NCBI GenBank assembly: GCA_963575745.1
Contig: CAUYUJ010000192.1
Span: forward strand, 372,001 to 436,000
Source: Prorocentrum cordatum
Taxonomy: Eukaryota
Direction: 5' to 3'
DNA length: 64,000 nucleotides
Part shown: one piece after another, positions 13,576-22,450 of the stretch
How the letters are laid out: each line of letters begins with the position of its first letter
Position numbering within the stretch: the stretch's first letter is position 1
The notes under the pieces: generated by a model
The model's database searches: none
What the model saw: only the letters and a program-made list of their open reading frames with translations
Told to the model about the DNA's origin: nothing
Program-made: the position numbers and the translations under genes

Positions 13576-13753
13576 ATCGGGTCGGGCGAAAGGGGGGGAT
13601 AGGGTTTGAGAATCAGCTCGCGTAGCTGATTTCCCCGGCGCCTCCCGGCGCCGGGAGGCGCCAACGTATCGAGGAATGGGCCCCTCGGTGAGGCCGAAAC
13701 CAGCTGCATGCAGCAACTTTCGTAACCCCCCCTTTCCCAATCCCCCCCTCGCC
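13576..13753. mobile_element. MITE family M1, copy 1 (right TIR truncated)
   Basis: Starts atcgggtcgggcgaaaggggg and shares its internal sequence with 14167, 14747 and 34551. Confidence 0.8.
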
Positions 13754-13958
13754 TGGGTTACAAGGAGGGGGGCGAGGAGGAGGAGGAGGAGGAGGAGGAG
13801 GAGGAGGAGGGAGGAGGAGGAGGGGAGGAGGAGGACGAGGGGCCTCCCCCTCCCCCTCCCCCTCCCTCCCCCTCCCCCTCCCTCCTCCCTCCTCCTCCTC
13901 CTCCTCCTCCTCCTCCTCCTCCTCCTCCTCCTCCTCCTCCTCCTCCTCCTCCTCCTCC
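13753..13958. repeat. (GAG)n/(CTC)n foldback repeat with fixed head, copy 2
   Basis: Same head and centre as 12329-12535. Confidence 0.75.
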
Positions 13959-14152
13959 TACTCGTACTCGGCGCGAGTAAGGCCATCGAGACGCCACATG
14001 GACTGCCCCGCCTTGGGAGGGCTCTCCAGGCAACGGCGGGCCTCGGCCACGAGCAGGCGGCCCGGCACGGAGCCGAGGAGCGGCCCGGAGGCCAGCCCTG
14101 CTCCTGCTGCCAGCGTGGTCCTGTACCGACTGGCAGGTGGCTCCAGAGATTC

Positions 14153-14561
14153 GGACGCCCGACATGGTCGGGTCGGGCGAAAGGGGGGGATAGCAAAGGG
14201 GGGGTTTGAGAATCAGCTCACGTAGCTGATTTTCCCGGCGCCTCCCCGCGCCGGGAGGCGCCCACGTATCGAGGAATGGGCCCCTCGGTGAGGCCGAAAC
14301 CAGCTGCATGCAGCAAATTTCGTAACCCCCCCTTTCCCAATCCCCCCCTTTCGCCCGGCCCGACATGGGTACCGAAAAAATGGGTACGATGCCCAACAAC
14401 ACATGTTGTCCCAAAGCAACAACGGCCGCTGTTGGGCCGGCGGCCTCCTGTCTCGAATGGACACAGGCCGCGGCGGCGTGGACAGCGGGGGCCCATTCAG
14501 AATGAACGGGAACTGCTGTTGGGCATTGTACCCATTCTTTCGGTACCCATTTCGGGCGTCC
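14153..14561. mobile_element. MITE M2, host of nested M1 copy 2
   Basis: Removing M1 and one ATG restores TIR ggacgcccgacatgggtaccgaaaaaatgggtac, which pairs with gtacccattctttcggtacccatttcgggcgtcc. Confidence 0.75.
14167..14364. mobile_element. MITE family M1, copy 2
   Basis: ~24 bp TIR gtcgggtcgggcgaaaggggggat / atcccccctttcgcccggcccgac; ATG on both flanks. Confidence 0.85.
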
Positions 14562-14746
14562 AGAAGAGGGACCGGGGGGCCCCACCAGGCACGACTGGCG
14601 ATCCCTCTGTGCCTGCAGGGTTGCTGTCCCCTGTGCCTCCTTGTTGCCCGGGCCTAGCCACCAGCACCTCTTGTGAGGCCCTCCTCACGCTACTTTCGTG
14701 CACCACTTGAGCAAGCCCTTGGGAACGGGACACGCAGGCAGGTCTG

Positions 14747-14943
14747 ATCGGGCCGGGCGAAAGGGGGGATAGCAAAGGGCAGGGTAGAGAATCAGTTCAC
14801 GTAGCTGATGTTTCCAGCGCCTCATGGCGCCGGGAGGCGCCCATGTATCAAGGAATGGGCCTGGCGGCGGGGCCGAAACCAGCTGCATGCAGCGAATTTC
14901 GTAACCCCCCCTTTCCCAATCCCCCCCTTTCGTCCGGCCCGAC
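14747..14943. mobile_element. MITE family M1, copy 3
   Basis: Same TIRs and internal sequence; CTG on both flanks. Confidence 0.85.
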
Positions 14944-15175
14944 CTGACCCGAACTGAGCGGAGACGAATTGCCCAGATGCTCGACTCGAAGCTGCCGAAG
15001 ATGCCCCCGGGATTGCCCCAGGACAACCCCCCAAACAGGCGGCATCTTCCTCGGACTGTGGTCAGCAGGCGCCACCTCGGTTGGCCCCGCGCCGAGGGCT
15101 CCAAGCGGCTTTCGCGCCGCCCGGCGGCGGAGAAGAGAGAGGGCTGGAAAAGCACGTCGGATGGCAGAAACAGTA

Positions 15176-15341
15176 CTCCAGATTTCGTGACAAAAGGGAG
15201 GGGGTCTGGACCCTCCAAGACAAACCATTTCAGACCTCCCCCGTGGGAGAAGCCTCCAAAACATCGTCCCCAGACCCCCCAGGCCCTCCAAGATAGCCTG
15301 GAAGAGACCCCCCCGAACTGAGACTCCCCTCCCGTTATTAC
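15176..15341. mobile_element. MITE M3 (left part); its right TIR is split by the retrotransposon and finishes at 22586-22596
   Basis: TA|ctccagatttcgtgacaaaagggagggggtct matches the reverse complement of the joined flanks, TA|ctccagatttc+gtaataacgggaggggagtct. Confidence 0.7.
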
Positions 15342-15529
15342 TTCCTCAAGCTAGGCGCGGCCACCATTCAACATACCTGAGACGGACGATACATTTTTTC
15401 TGAGGACGCGTCCTTACACAGGACGAGGTGCACTTGAGATACTATAATGCTGAGCTTGCGTGGCAGCTACGGGAAAAGGACCCGGGCCCGGATCAAATTA
15501 CCAGAACAGACTGCGTAGCATTGGCTCCC
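15342..15529 (-). repeat. Split direct repeat B2 (3' terminus)
   Basis: 188 bp, near-identical to 15683-15871 (a few substitutions and one indel). Confidence 0.95.
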
Positions 15530-15547
15530 CAAAGTGGGTAGGGAGGG

Positions 15548-15682
15548 AAGCCTTGAAACCAGAATGGCCGCGAGAGGGGAGAGCAGCAGCAGGGGCGACA
15601 AGCAGAGGAGAAAGAAGGAAGGGGTGGAGCCCCTCTCGCTTGGCCGCTCGACGCGGAGGAAAACTGCATCCAAAGATAATCA
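15548..15682 (-). repeat. Split direct repeat A2
   Basis: 135 bp, identical by eye to 22451-22585. Confidence 0.95.
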
Positions 15683-15871
15683 TTCCTCAAGCTAGGCGCG
15701 GCCACCATTCAACATACCTGAGACGGACGATCCACTTTTTTCTGAGGACGCGTCCTTACACAGGACGAGGTGCACTTGAGATACTATAATGCTGAGCTTG
15801 CGTGGCAGCTATGGGAAAAGGACCCGGGCCCGGATCAAATTGCCAGAACAGACTGCGTAGCATTGGCTCCC
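15683..15871 (-). repeat. Split direct repeat B1
   Basis: 189 bp copy of B directly abutting A2. Confidence 0.95.
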
Positions 15872-15880
15872 ACCCCCAAA

Positions 15881-17209
15881 TCATTTGTCATTGGGTGGGC
15901 GGGTTGGGAAGAAACAGGAAAAAGAAGAATATTCGCTAGGCGCCCGACTCGAACAAGCCACGCGAGAGACGAGGTGCCGCAGGTCCGCCGCCGTGAAGTG
16001 GGCAGCGCGCTGGCGGGCGGCGGCGGGCACAGCCGCACGTTGACGCAGGAGTGAGCCGTGCTTTTCATAGATGCGCGCAGACTCTCGAGCGCGCCATCTT
16101 CCTCGCTGCTGGATCTGATCCAGGCTGCGCAATTGCTCTAAGGCATCGCGCGAGGGGCCTCCGTGCCGAAGCTGGTGAGGCACGGAGAAAACGTGGCAAA
16201 GGCCCAAGTCAGAGGCCACGCCTCGCACCATCCTCTCGTATGCGCTGAGATTCAAAGGAGCAGAAAGCTTGGCCGCGTCTGCTCGGCCCCTACGGAGGGC
16301 AAGCAGCGCCGCCGGAACCTGACGCCTGAGGGGGACAGGCGTGCCAGCAACGACAGCGCGGTCGAACTCATTCGTCTTGGGGGGCACTCCGCCTGTGAAA
16401 GGCGCGATGATGACGGAGACCTGGCCCCCCGCACTGCCGTGGACGTCGCCCGCGGTGATGGAGAGCACCTCACTGGGCCGCAAGTACAGATCAAACTGGA
16501 CGATCATGGCCACGGCGGCGAGGGCCCCCAGTGGCGAGCGCTCCGAGAGGGCTGCCATGCAGGCGACCACGGCGTCGAAGGGGGCGGGCATCCTGGGATG
16601 CCGAGGCAGCTTGGCGCACCAGCCCGCCAGGGCGTCCTTGGATCGCACGAATTGAGGCTTGGCCACTGCCCATCCACGTAGTCGAGCAAGGCCGTAGAGT
16701 GCATTGCGAGCCATGTACTGAGGGGAACCAGAGAAGAAAAGGTGCTCGATGTACAGGTTCTTTGTCGTGTCGGCGTTCTTAGGGTCGTCAAAGAGAAGAC
16801 GCCGGCGCCGGGCCCAGGCCTCGAAGTCGGCGACCGCCTGCTGATACTTTGTCAGGGTCGCTGGCCGCAACGAAGCCGCGCGTAGGAAATCTCCCGGAGG
16901 CACTCGACGAGCTTGCCGCTGCTGCTCGGCGCGGTCCACGGCCGCTGCCGCTCGCCTGCGGCGCTCTGCCGCCAGCGCCCGACGGCCCCGCGCCTGGCCG
17001 CCGCCTGGGGGCGGGGCGGCGCCGCGAGGCCCGCCCGCCGCCCGCGGGGCGGGGGCGCGGGTCGAGCGCGGAGGCCCAGGCGGCTCGCCAAGGGAGCCTG
17101 AACCTCCGCGGGCAGAGCGGGAGCCCAGGGGCGCGGAGGCGGACCTCGCCCGACGCGGCTGCCAGGACGCCATCCCAAGTCGCGAGGTCTCGGGGCGTGG
17201 CTTGGCCAT
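15881..17209 (-). CDS. Tyrosine recombinase (phage-integrase family) of the retrotransposon
   Basis: Catalytic set: YLRPSE (R), PKTNEFD (K), PHQLRHGG (HxxR), RGRW (W), RIYEKHG (Y); N-terminal core-binding-like helices (TLTKYQQAVADFEAW). Start uncertain (ATG 17209 or 17173); overlaps the 3' end of pol in another frame. Confidence 0.9.
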   Translation of the reverse strand: MAKPRPETSRLGMASWQPRRARSASAPLGSRSARGGSGSLGEPPGPPRSTRAPAPRAAGGPRGAAPPPGGGQARGRRALAAERRRRAAAAVDRAEQQRQARRVPPGDFLRAASLRPATLTKYQQAVADFEAWARRRRLLFDDPKNADTTKNLYIEHLFFSGSPQYMARNALYGLARLRGWAVAKPQFVRSKDALAGWCAKLPRHPRMPAPFDAVVACMAALSERSPLGALAAVAMIVQFDLYLRPSEVLSITAGDVHGSAGGQVSVIIAPFTGGVPPKTNEFDRAVVAGTPVPLRRQVPAALLALRRGRADAAKLSAPLNLSAYERMVRGVASDLGLCHVFSVPHQLRHGGPSRDALEQLRSLDQIQQRGRWRARESARIYEKHGSLLRQRAAVPAAARQRAAHFTAADLRHLVSRVACSSRAPSEYSSFSCFFPTRPPNDK

Positions 17210-20200
17210 AGGCGGACCTCGGGGCGGAGAGGGAGGCGATGCGCACGAGCTCTCGGCACCGCTCTGGGAGGTACGCGCCAGCCAAGGTAGTCCGCCAAAC
17301 CCAACCCCTCGTCGGATGTCGGACTTTGCCCTGAAGAACTTCCCGATGCGGCTGGCAGCACTGGCAGCGGCGGCCCAGCAGCTCCAGGCTGGGGAGCGCG
17401 CCGGCGATCGCCCCCGGCTTCTTGAAGGGCGCCCCGAAGCGGCAGGAGTCGTACTCGATCCTGCCGGGCCTGTGGTAGCGGAGCTCCCTCTCCAGGGGGC
17501 GCCAGCGCCAAACACGGCTGGGGCCAGGGTTCTCGAGGAGAACGAAAATGTCGAGCTTCCTGCAGAGCTTGAGCACCCGCACGGCGAAGCTGACAAGAGC
17601 GAGGTCTGCCGGCCGAGGGGGCCGATTGCCCCCGGCCGGCACCCAGTGGGCACACGGAAGGCCAATATGTATGCACCAAAAGCGGCGCTGGGTAATCCAA
17701 GCCAAGATAGTGTTACGGACTCCAGGATGCGCGAGGTCGCGATGCTTGCCGTGCGTGATGTCCAGAGGGCAGGCGATGCGAAGACCGGCCTCGTGGAAGG
17801 CCCCCGATAGGTTCGCGCCTCCGGCAAATAATTCCAGGAAGCTGGTGCGCCCAGTACGGTGGCCCCGCGGGGCCGTGGACGAAGACCCCGAGGAGCACCA
17901 CTTACGAGGCCCGCTGCAAGCCCGAGGAGGAGCCGAAGAACTTGATGACCCAGTTTTGGGACCTTGACTTGGCGTTGATGCCGATGGCCTGGCCCACGAC
18001 GCCCAAGAAGCCGAGGACGCAGGGGGCCCAGCCAGGGGTCGCTGATGAGCCGATGCCGTTGGAGTCCCAATGCGAGGCCAGTGGCCCGACGTAGAGCTCG
18101 ATGGCCCGATCTGTGAACGATAACCTGTAAGTGGTGTCGATGAAGTAGAGCACGATGGAGGAGGGGAAGGACAGGATGGGAGCACCGACTCAGCTGGGGT
18201 GGTAGAGAGGATGATCCCTTGTGCGAGGTCCTCGCTCCACTGTCCAGTGCAACCGATAGGTTTCTCCCCAAGCCCTGGCGGCTCGGAGACGCGGCTCGAG
18301 GTAGGCCGAGTCGCGAAGGCAACGCTGGCGACGGGGGAGGGCCCGGGCACGTCAGGCCCTGGGCCGGGCAAGCTGCCGCTGGGCCCCACGACGGGGGCGC
18401 CCCTGCTGGGCGCCGGCGGGCAGGCCCTGAAGCCGGCCCCGCGGAGCCAGCCAGGCAGGAGCTCACGGCGGTCTGCGGCCCGGCTCCCCCAGTCGGCAAC
18501 GTTCACACATCCTGGAACGTGTCGCACTCGCCACGTGATCTCGGCGCCCAGCTGCAGGGCGCCAGCGCGACGACATTGGGCGAGGAGCTCTCGGTTGCTG
18601 GCACGGCCCTTCGCGAAAGACAGCACGCTGGAGAGGTTGTCAGAGAGGCTCAGGAGCTCGGCCCCACGGCAGTTGGCCTGCCGGGCGGCGGCCCCCAACC
18701 CGATCACCGAGGCCCGCGCCTCCAGGCTGTGGATGCGGCCTGGATGGCGCCAGGCGCCGCGGAAAGCCTCGGCCCACCGCTGCGGGTCGACCAGCTCGGG
18801 CGGCAGCGGGGGCGGGGGGGGGCCCACCTCCATCTCCTGGCGACGGCGGCGGGCTCGCGCCTGTCGGCGGGGACGTCCCGCGCTTGCGTCGCCGAGCTCG
18901 TCATAGTACAGGTCGGAGACGTCGTCCAGCCCTGCAGCGCGGCCCAGGTAGGCGCCCCCGTCGGGGTCGCCCGAGACCTCGACCTCCTTGAAGCGCTGCC
19001 TCTCGCGCCACCGCGACACACCAAGGACCTCGTGCCCCAAGAGCTCGGCCTCGCAGACGGCGTAGCCCAGCATCGAGCTGTCCGTGGTAAAGGACACCGG
19101 CGCAGGGGGTCGGCGCAGGTCCACCTGGCCAAGAAACACGAGGCCAGCGGCGCAGCGAAGCTCCGTCACCACGCTGGGCGGCAAACGGGAGACGCCCTCC
19201 ATCGGGCCAGACTCGAAGTAGGCGTAGCACTCGCCCAGGACACTGAGGGCAGGCCGCATGATGCTGAAGTAGTGCACGATGTGCCCCAACAGCCTCCTGA
19301 CCTGCCAGCGAGCCAGCCGCGGCCTGCGTAGAACCTCATGTAGACCAAGGTACAGGCGCCAGGCTCGCCGAGAGGTGCGGCGAAGGCGCCCGTGCCGCCC
19401 GTCGAACTCGAGACCGAGAATACCCTGGGACAAGGCGGCGTGCTGCAACTCGTGCCAGCGCAGCCCCCTCTTGTCCAGCTCGTCCGTCACGGCGCCGAGG
19501 CGCTGGTCGAGCTGGGCGGCGCCCAGGGAGATGAGGTCCGCGTTGTCGACGTAGGGCGCGTGGGCGACCCCCCCGTTCAGCAGGGGGGGCGGCTTGCCCT
19601 TGTCCAGGCACCAGGAGTCCTTCTCCCCGAAGACGGCACCCATGGTGTCGATCAAGACCTCCTGGCAGATCCACAAGGCCCAGGGCCATCCCATGGGAAG
19701 GGCCTCGAAGCAGGGCCAGACTCGAGAGTCCGGGCTGATGTCGATGTAGCGGCCGAGATCCTCGTCGTGCAGCTGAGTCACCCCCAGCTCGCCGGCAGAC
19801 ACCTCGATGTCGAAGCACATCCAGGAGCCCCAGGCCGGGTGGCGAAACTGGTAGAAGCCATCCTGCAGGTCCACCGAGCCGGCCACCAGGTCGCCCCCGT
19901 TGATCACGATGTCCAAGTCGTCGGGGCCGAGGTCGGTGGCGTCCACGAGGCTGATGGCCGCGAGCGCCTCACCTGCGGCCAGCGCGGTCTTGGGCGGGAG
20001 TCGCTGCAGTTGATTAGCCTGCCGAGCGCCCAGCACCATCCTCTGATCCCCGTTCTTCCTACGCGCGAAGAACGCGGAGATGCACGACTTCCGACGGGCC
20101 CGAGCACCCACGAGCCCCCGTAGGGCCAGTGCACGAAGAAAGGCCACGAGCGCAGGGCGCGTGCCGCGCCGGCGCGGGTCGAGCTGCGGGCCCCAGTAGG

Positions 20201-20441
20201 GTTGCACCAACGGCTCGTCCTCGGTGAGCTCGGAGAGCGGGCGGACGACGGCAGAGTCGAAGTTGGCCATCACATCCCTGACGCTCTGAGGGGCCACGTC
20301 GTCGAGTGGCGTTGAAAAATGTTCCTCACGTAGGATGTTGAGGCGGCTCGGATCAAAATCGACCACGGTCGTGGACGCGTCGAGGCCACCGTAGACGCCC
20401 CTGGTCCTGAGGAGCTCCTGTAGGGCTCCAGCGCCATCCAA
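16788..20441 (-). CDS. pol: Pol polyprotein: reverse transcriptase + DIRS-type RNase H + C-terminal C5-cytosine methyltransferase
   Basis: RT: SVDLQDGFYQF, LPMGW, YVDN (19553-19542), ILGLEFD. RNase H: FTTDSS, IHSLEARA, LSDNLS, HVPGCVNVADWGSR. MTase: FLELFAG, GLPC, LLENP. The true N-terminus probably extends upstream through frameshifts to about 20780. Confidence 0.92.
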   Translation of the reverse strand: MDGAGALQELLRTRGVYGGLDASTTVVDFDPSRLNILREEHFSTPLDDVAPQSVRDVMANFDSAVVRPLSELTEDEPLVQPYWGPQLDPRRRGTRPALVAFLRALALRGLVGARARRKSCISAFFARRKNGDQRMVLGARQANQLQRLPPKTALAAGEALAAISLVDATDLGPDDLDIVINGGDLVAGSVDLQDGFYQFRHPAWGSWMCFDIEVSAGELGVTQLHDEDLGRYIDISPDSRVWPCFEALPMGWPWALWICQEVLIDTMGAVFGEKDSWCLDKGKPPPLLNGGVAHAPYVDNADLISLGAAQLDQRLGAVTDELDKRGLRWHELQHAALSQGILGLEFDGRHGRLRRTSRRAWRLYLGLHEVLRRPRLARWQVRRLLGHIVHYFSIMRPALSVLGECYAYFESGPMEGVSRLPPSVVTELRCAAGLVFLGQVDLRRPPAPVSFTTDSSMLGYAVCEAELLGHEVLGVSRWRERQRFKEVEVSGDPDGGAYLGRAAGLDDVSDLYYDELGDASAGRPRRQARARRRRQEMEVGPPPPPLPPELVDPQRWAEAFRGAWRHPGRIHSLEARASVIGLGAAARQANCRGAELLSLSDNLSSVLSFAKGRASNRELLAQCRRAGALQLGAEITWRVRHVPGCVNVADWGSRAADRRELLPGWLRGAGFRACPPAPSRGAPVVGPSGSLPGPGPDVPGPSPVASVAFATRPTSSRVSEPPGLGEKPIGCTGQWSEDLAQGIILSTTPAESVLPSCPSPPPSCSTSSTPLTGYRSQIGPSSSTSGHWPRIGTPTASAHQRPLAGPPASSASWASWARPSASTPSQGPKTGSSSSSAPPRACSGPRKWCSSGSSSTAPRGHRTGRTSFLELFAGGANLSGAFHEAGLRIACPLDITHGKHRDLAHPGVRNTILAWITQRRFWCIHIGLPCAHWVPAGGNRPPRPADLALVSFAVRVLKLCRKLDIFVLLENPGPSRVWRWRPLERELRYHRPGRIEYDSCRFGAPFKKPGAIAGALPSLELLGRRCQCCQPHREVLQGKVRHPTRGWVWRTTLAGAYLPERCRELVRIASLSAPRSAYGQATPRDLATWDGVLAAASGEVRLRAPGLPLCPRRFRLPWRAAWASALDPRPRPAGGGRASRRRPAPRRRPGAGPSGAGGRAPQASGSGRGPRRAAAASSSSASGRFPTRGFVAASDPDKVSAGGRRLRGLGPAPASSL
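17240..17845 (-). other. C5 DNA methyltransferase domain within Pol
   Basis: Motif I FLELFAGGANLS, motif IV GLPC, motif VI LLENP, motif VIII-like CRFGAPFKKP, motif X-like LAGAYLPERC, in canonical order. Confidence 0.82.
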
Positions 20442-20850
20442 GTCGGTGGGCCGATCTCCAAAGGCCCCGATCCGACGGCGGATGCGCCTGAGCGCCGACT
20501 CTTGAGCGATGTCGGCGCTCCCAGGGGCCGAAGCACGACGCCCCTCCCAGCACAGGCGGCGGCCATCCCATTGAGGGTCGTGATCGCCTCGATGGCACGG
20601 GCCGAACGACGATCAGCAGCGGCAGCACGCTGTGCCTTATACCGAGGCAAAGCGGCACGTTCCCCTTCGCGGTGGATGCGAATAGAAGGCGTCCGTGACC
20701 GGAAGCGGGAACAAAGATGGGGCCCCCGCGAGGAGGAACCCTCGACGGGGAGGCAGCCGCGGTCCAAGGTGGAGGCCATGGTGACGCGGTGCGCCGACGG
20801 CCGCGGCGGAGGTCGCCACGGCCGAGGGGGGCGCGGAGGCCCCCGGCTCG

Positions 20851-22032
20851 CTAACCAGCACCGCCAGGCCCAGCCCCGGCCTTGCCCTTCGGCTTGGCCT
20901 TGGGGCGCGGGGGCCTTGCCTCGTCCCTCTGCTCGTTGCGGTACTTATTGTCCTCGTGGTCGGCCTCCTCCCTGTACATCCTCTCCTGCTTGAGAACGGT
21001 GCTCCTCGCCTTCTGCTGGTCGGCGACCCAGGCATCGAACTTGGTCGTGACCGCCCCGCCCGAGTCGTCGAGCCGACTCGAAACCATCAGCTCCAGGCCC
21101 TCGAAGGAGGGGCGGCGAGGGCAACGCTTGACTGCCCTCTGAATCTGGAGGCCCCGGCGGCTCAGGAGCTCGAACGAGGCGAGGTTCGAGACGTCCAGCG
21201 CGTCGAAGACCAGGGCGTGGTGCAGGACCTCGACGATGTTCTTCAGCTCCTGGGCCACCGCACTGCCACGCGCGACGCCCGACTGGGCCACCCAGAAGCC
21301 CCAGTAGGACGAGAGCGAGTGCCCAGAAGAGACCACGGCAGCCAGAAACTCGACCAGGGCCTTGGGGCCCTCGAAGGGCCAGTCGTCCACGTCCACGCTC
21401 CTCAGCAGGGCCACCAGCTGCGCCAGAGAGACGGTCTGAGCGGAGACGCCCGTCTGCGGCAGCACTCGGCGGTCCCTGCCAGGACCGGCCCTCTTCTCCG
21501 CCTTCCAGTCGGGCTCGTCGGTGAGCTGGACGTTCTCGGCGGCGACCCAGCCCTCGGCCTCCGACAGCATCACGAGAGCGACGGCGTCGCGGCTGATGAA
21601 GCGCTCCGCCGAGGTGATCAGCTCCAGGCTCACCTCCTCCCCGAAGTGGTCGCTCGCGGGGTCGGAGACGATCCACCTCGGGACGTCGACCCCCGCTTGC
21701 ACCGCAGGGAGGGGAAAGCCCAGCACCTTCGCGAAGTTGCGGCCGTCGCGGCGGAGGTCGGAGAGGTCGGCGTCCGAGAGGGCTCCAAACGCGTAGACCT
21801 GGCCTCGGACTCGCTGGGGAAAGGTGGCCGCCCGAGGAAGGGCGACCACTAGGTACTCGTCCAGCTTCAGAAGATAGATCTCGGCGTCGGGCGCGGCGGC
21901 CACCCAGTGTCCAGGCGTGGGAGAGGGAACCAAAAGAACTCTGTGGTGCCATCTGAAGTTCGGGTCGTCGTCGAACGCGATGCAGACCTGGCTCTCGGAG
22001 ATGTCGAGAGTCTCCGGCCCCCGCGCGAGCCA
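20851..22032 (-). CDS. Gag-like ORF1 of the retrotransposon
   Basis: Frame is open for 393 codons from the TGA at 22035-22033 (..PETLDISESQVCIAFDDDPNFRWHHRVLL..), with strong GC3 bias, lying upstream of pol and ending in a basic tail. Gag is called from position only; there is no in-frame ATG at the 5' end. Confidence 0.65.
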   Translation of the reverse strand, partial: WLARGPETLDISESQVCIAFDDDPNFRWHHRVLLVPSPTPGHWVAAAPDAEIYLLKLDEYLVVALPRAATFPQRVRGQVYAFGALSDADLSDLRRDGRNFAKVLGFPLPAVQAGVDVPRWIVSDPASDHFGEEVSLELITSAERFISRDAVALVMLSEAEGWVAAENVQLTDEPDWKAEKRAGPGRDRRVLPQTGVSAQTVSLAQLVALLRSVDVDDWPFEGPKALVEFLAAVVSSGHSLSSYWGFWVAQSGVARGSAVAQELKNIVEVLHHALVFDALDVSNLASFELLSRRGLQIQRAVKRCPRRPSFEGLELMVSSRLDDSGGAVTTKFDAWVADQQKARSTVLKQERMYREEADHEDNKYRNEQRDEARPPRPKAKPKGKAGAGPGGAG

Positions 22033-22428
22033 TCAGCCACGGATGGCCCTAGGCCAGGAGGCAGGAGCGGCAGCGCCGTCGCCTGGCGGACGAGCCGGCG
22101 CCCGCGAGGTGAACCCGTGCAGGATGGCTGCGACGGGGGCGCAGGCCGCCAGCGCCGCCACGGCGCACAGCACGCCCAGGACCCAGCCCAGCACCAGCCA
22201 CGAGACCCAGTCCAGCGACGCCGGGACGGGGATCGGGCAGGACAGCTCGGGGCAGGGCCGAACGTCAGGCGCTGCCGGGCACGCCACGGCGGGCGCCGGC
22301 GGGCAGTTGCCGCAGGTGACGTTGACCGATCCGCAGGGAGGACAGGCCGGGCAGGCAGGACACCGGCTGGCCCGGACTGAAACCAGTGCCGCGCCCCACT
22401 GCCCGAGAGCCGCGAGGGGAACGGGCAT
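22033..22428 (-). CDS. Small Cys/Pro-rich single-pass membrane protein (ORF0) of the retrotransposon
   Basis: 131 aa: MPVPLAALGQWGAALVSV, CPACPACPPC..NVTCGNCP..CP..CPELSCP, hydrophobic helix WVSWLVLGWVLGVLCAVAALAACAPVAAIL; ATG lies 23 nt inside repeat A1's inner edge. Confidence 0.6.
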   Translation of the reverse strand: MPVPLAALGQWGAALVSVRASRCPACPACPPCGSVNVTCGNCPPAPAVACPAAPDVRPCPELSCPIPVPASLDWVSWLVLGWVLGVLCAVAALAACAPVAAILHGFTSRAPARPPGDGAAAPASWPRAIRG

Positions 22429-22450
22429 GCGGAGCGGCGCAGGCCCTTGC

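Noticed and set aside
17210..18499. N-terminal half of the 872 aa ORF as real protein
   Set aside because: It is an alternative frame of the Pol linker/MTase region with low-complexity, non-protein-like composition; recombinase motifs lie only in the last ~330 aa
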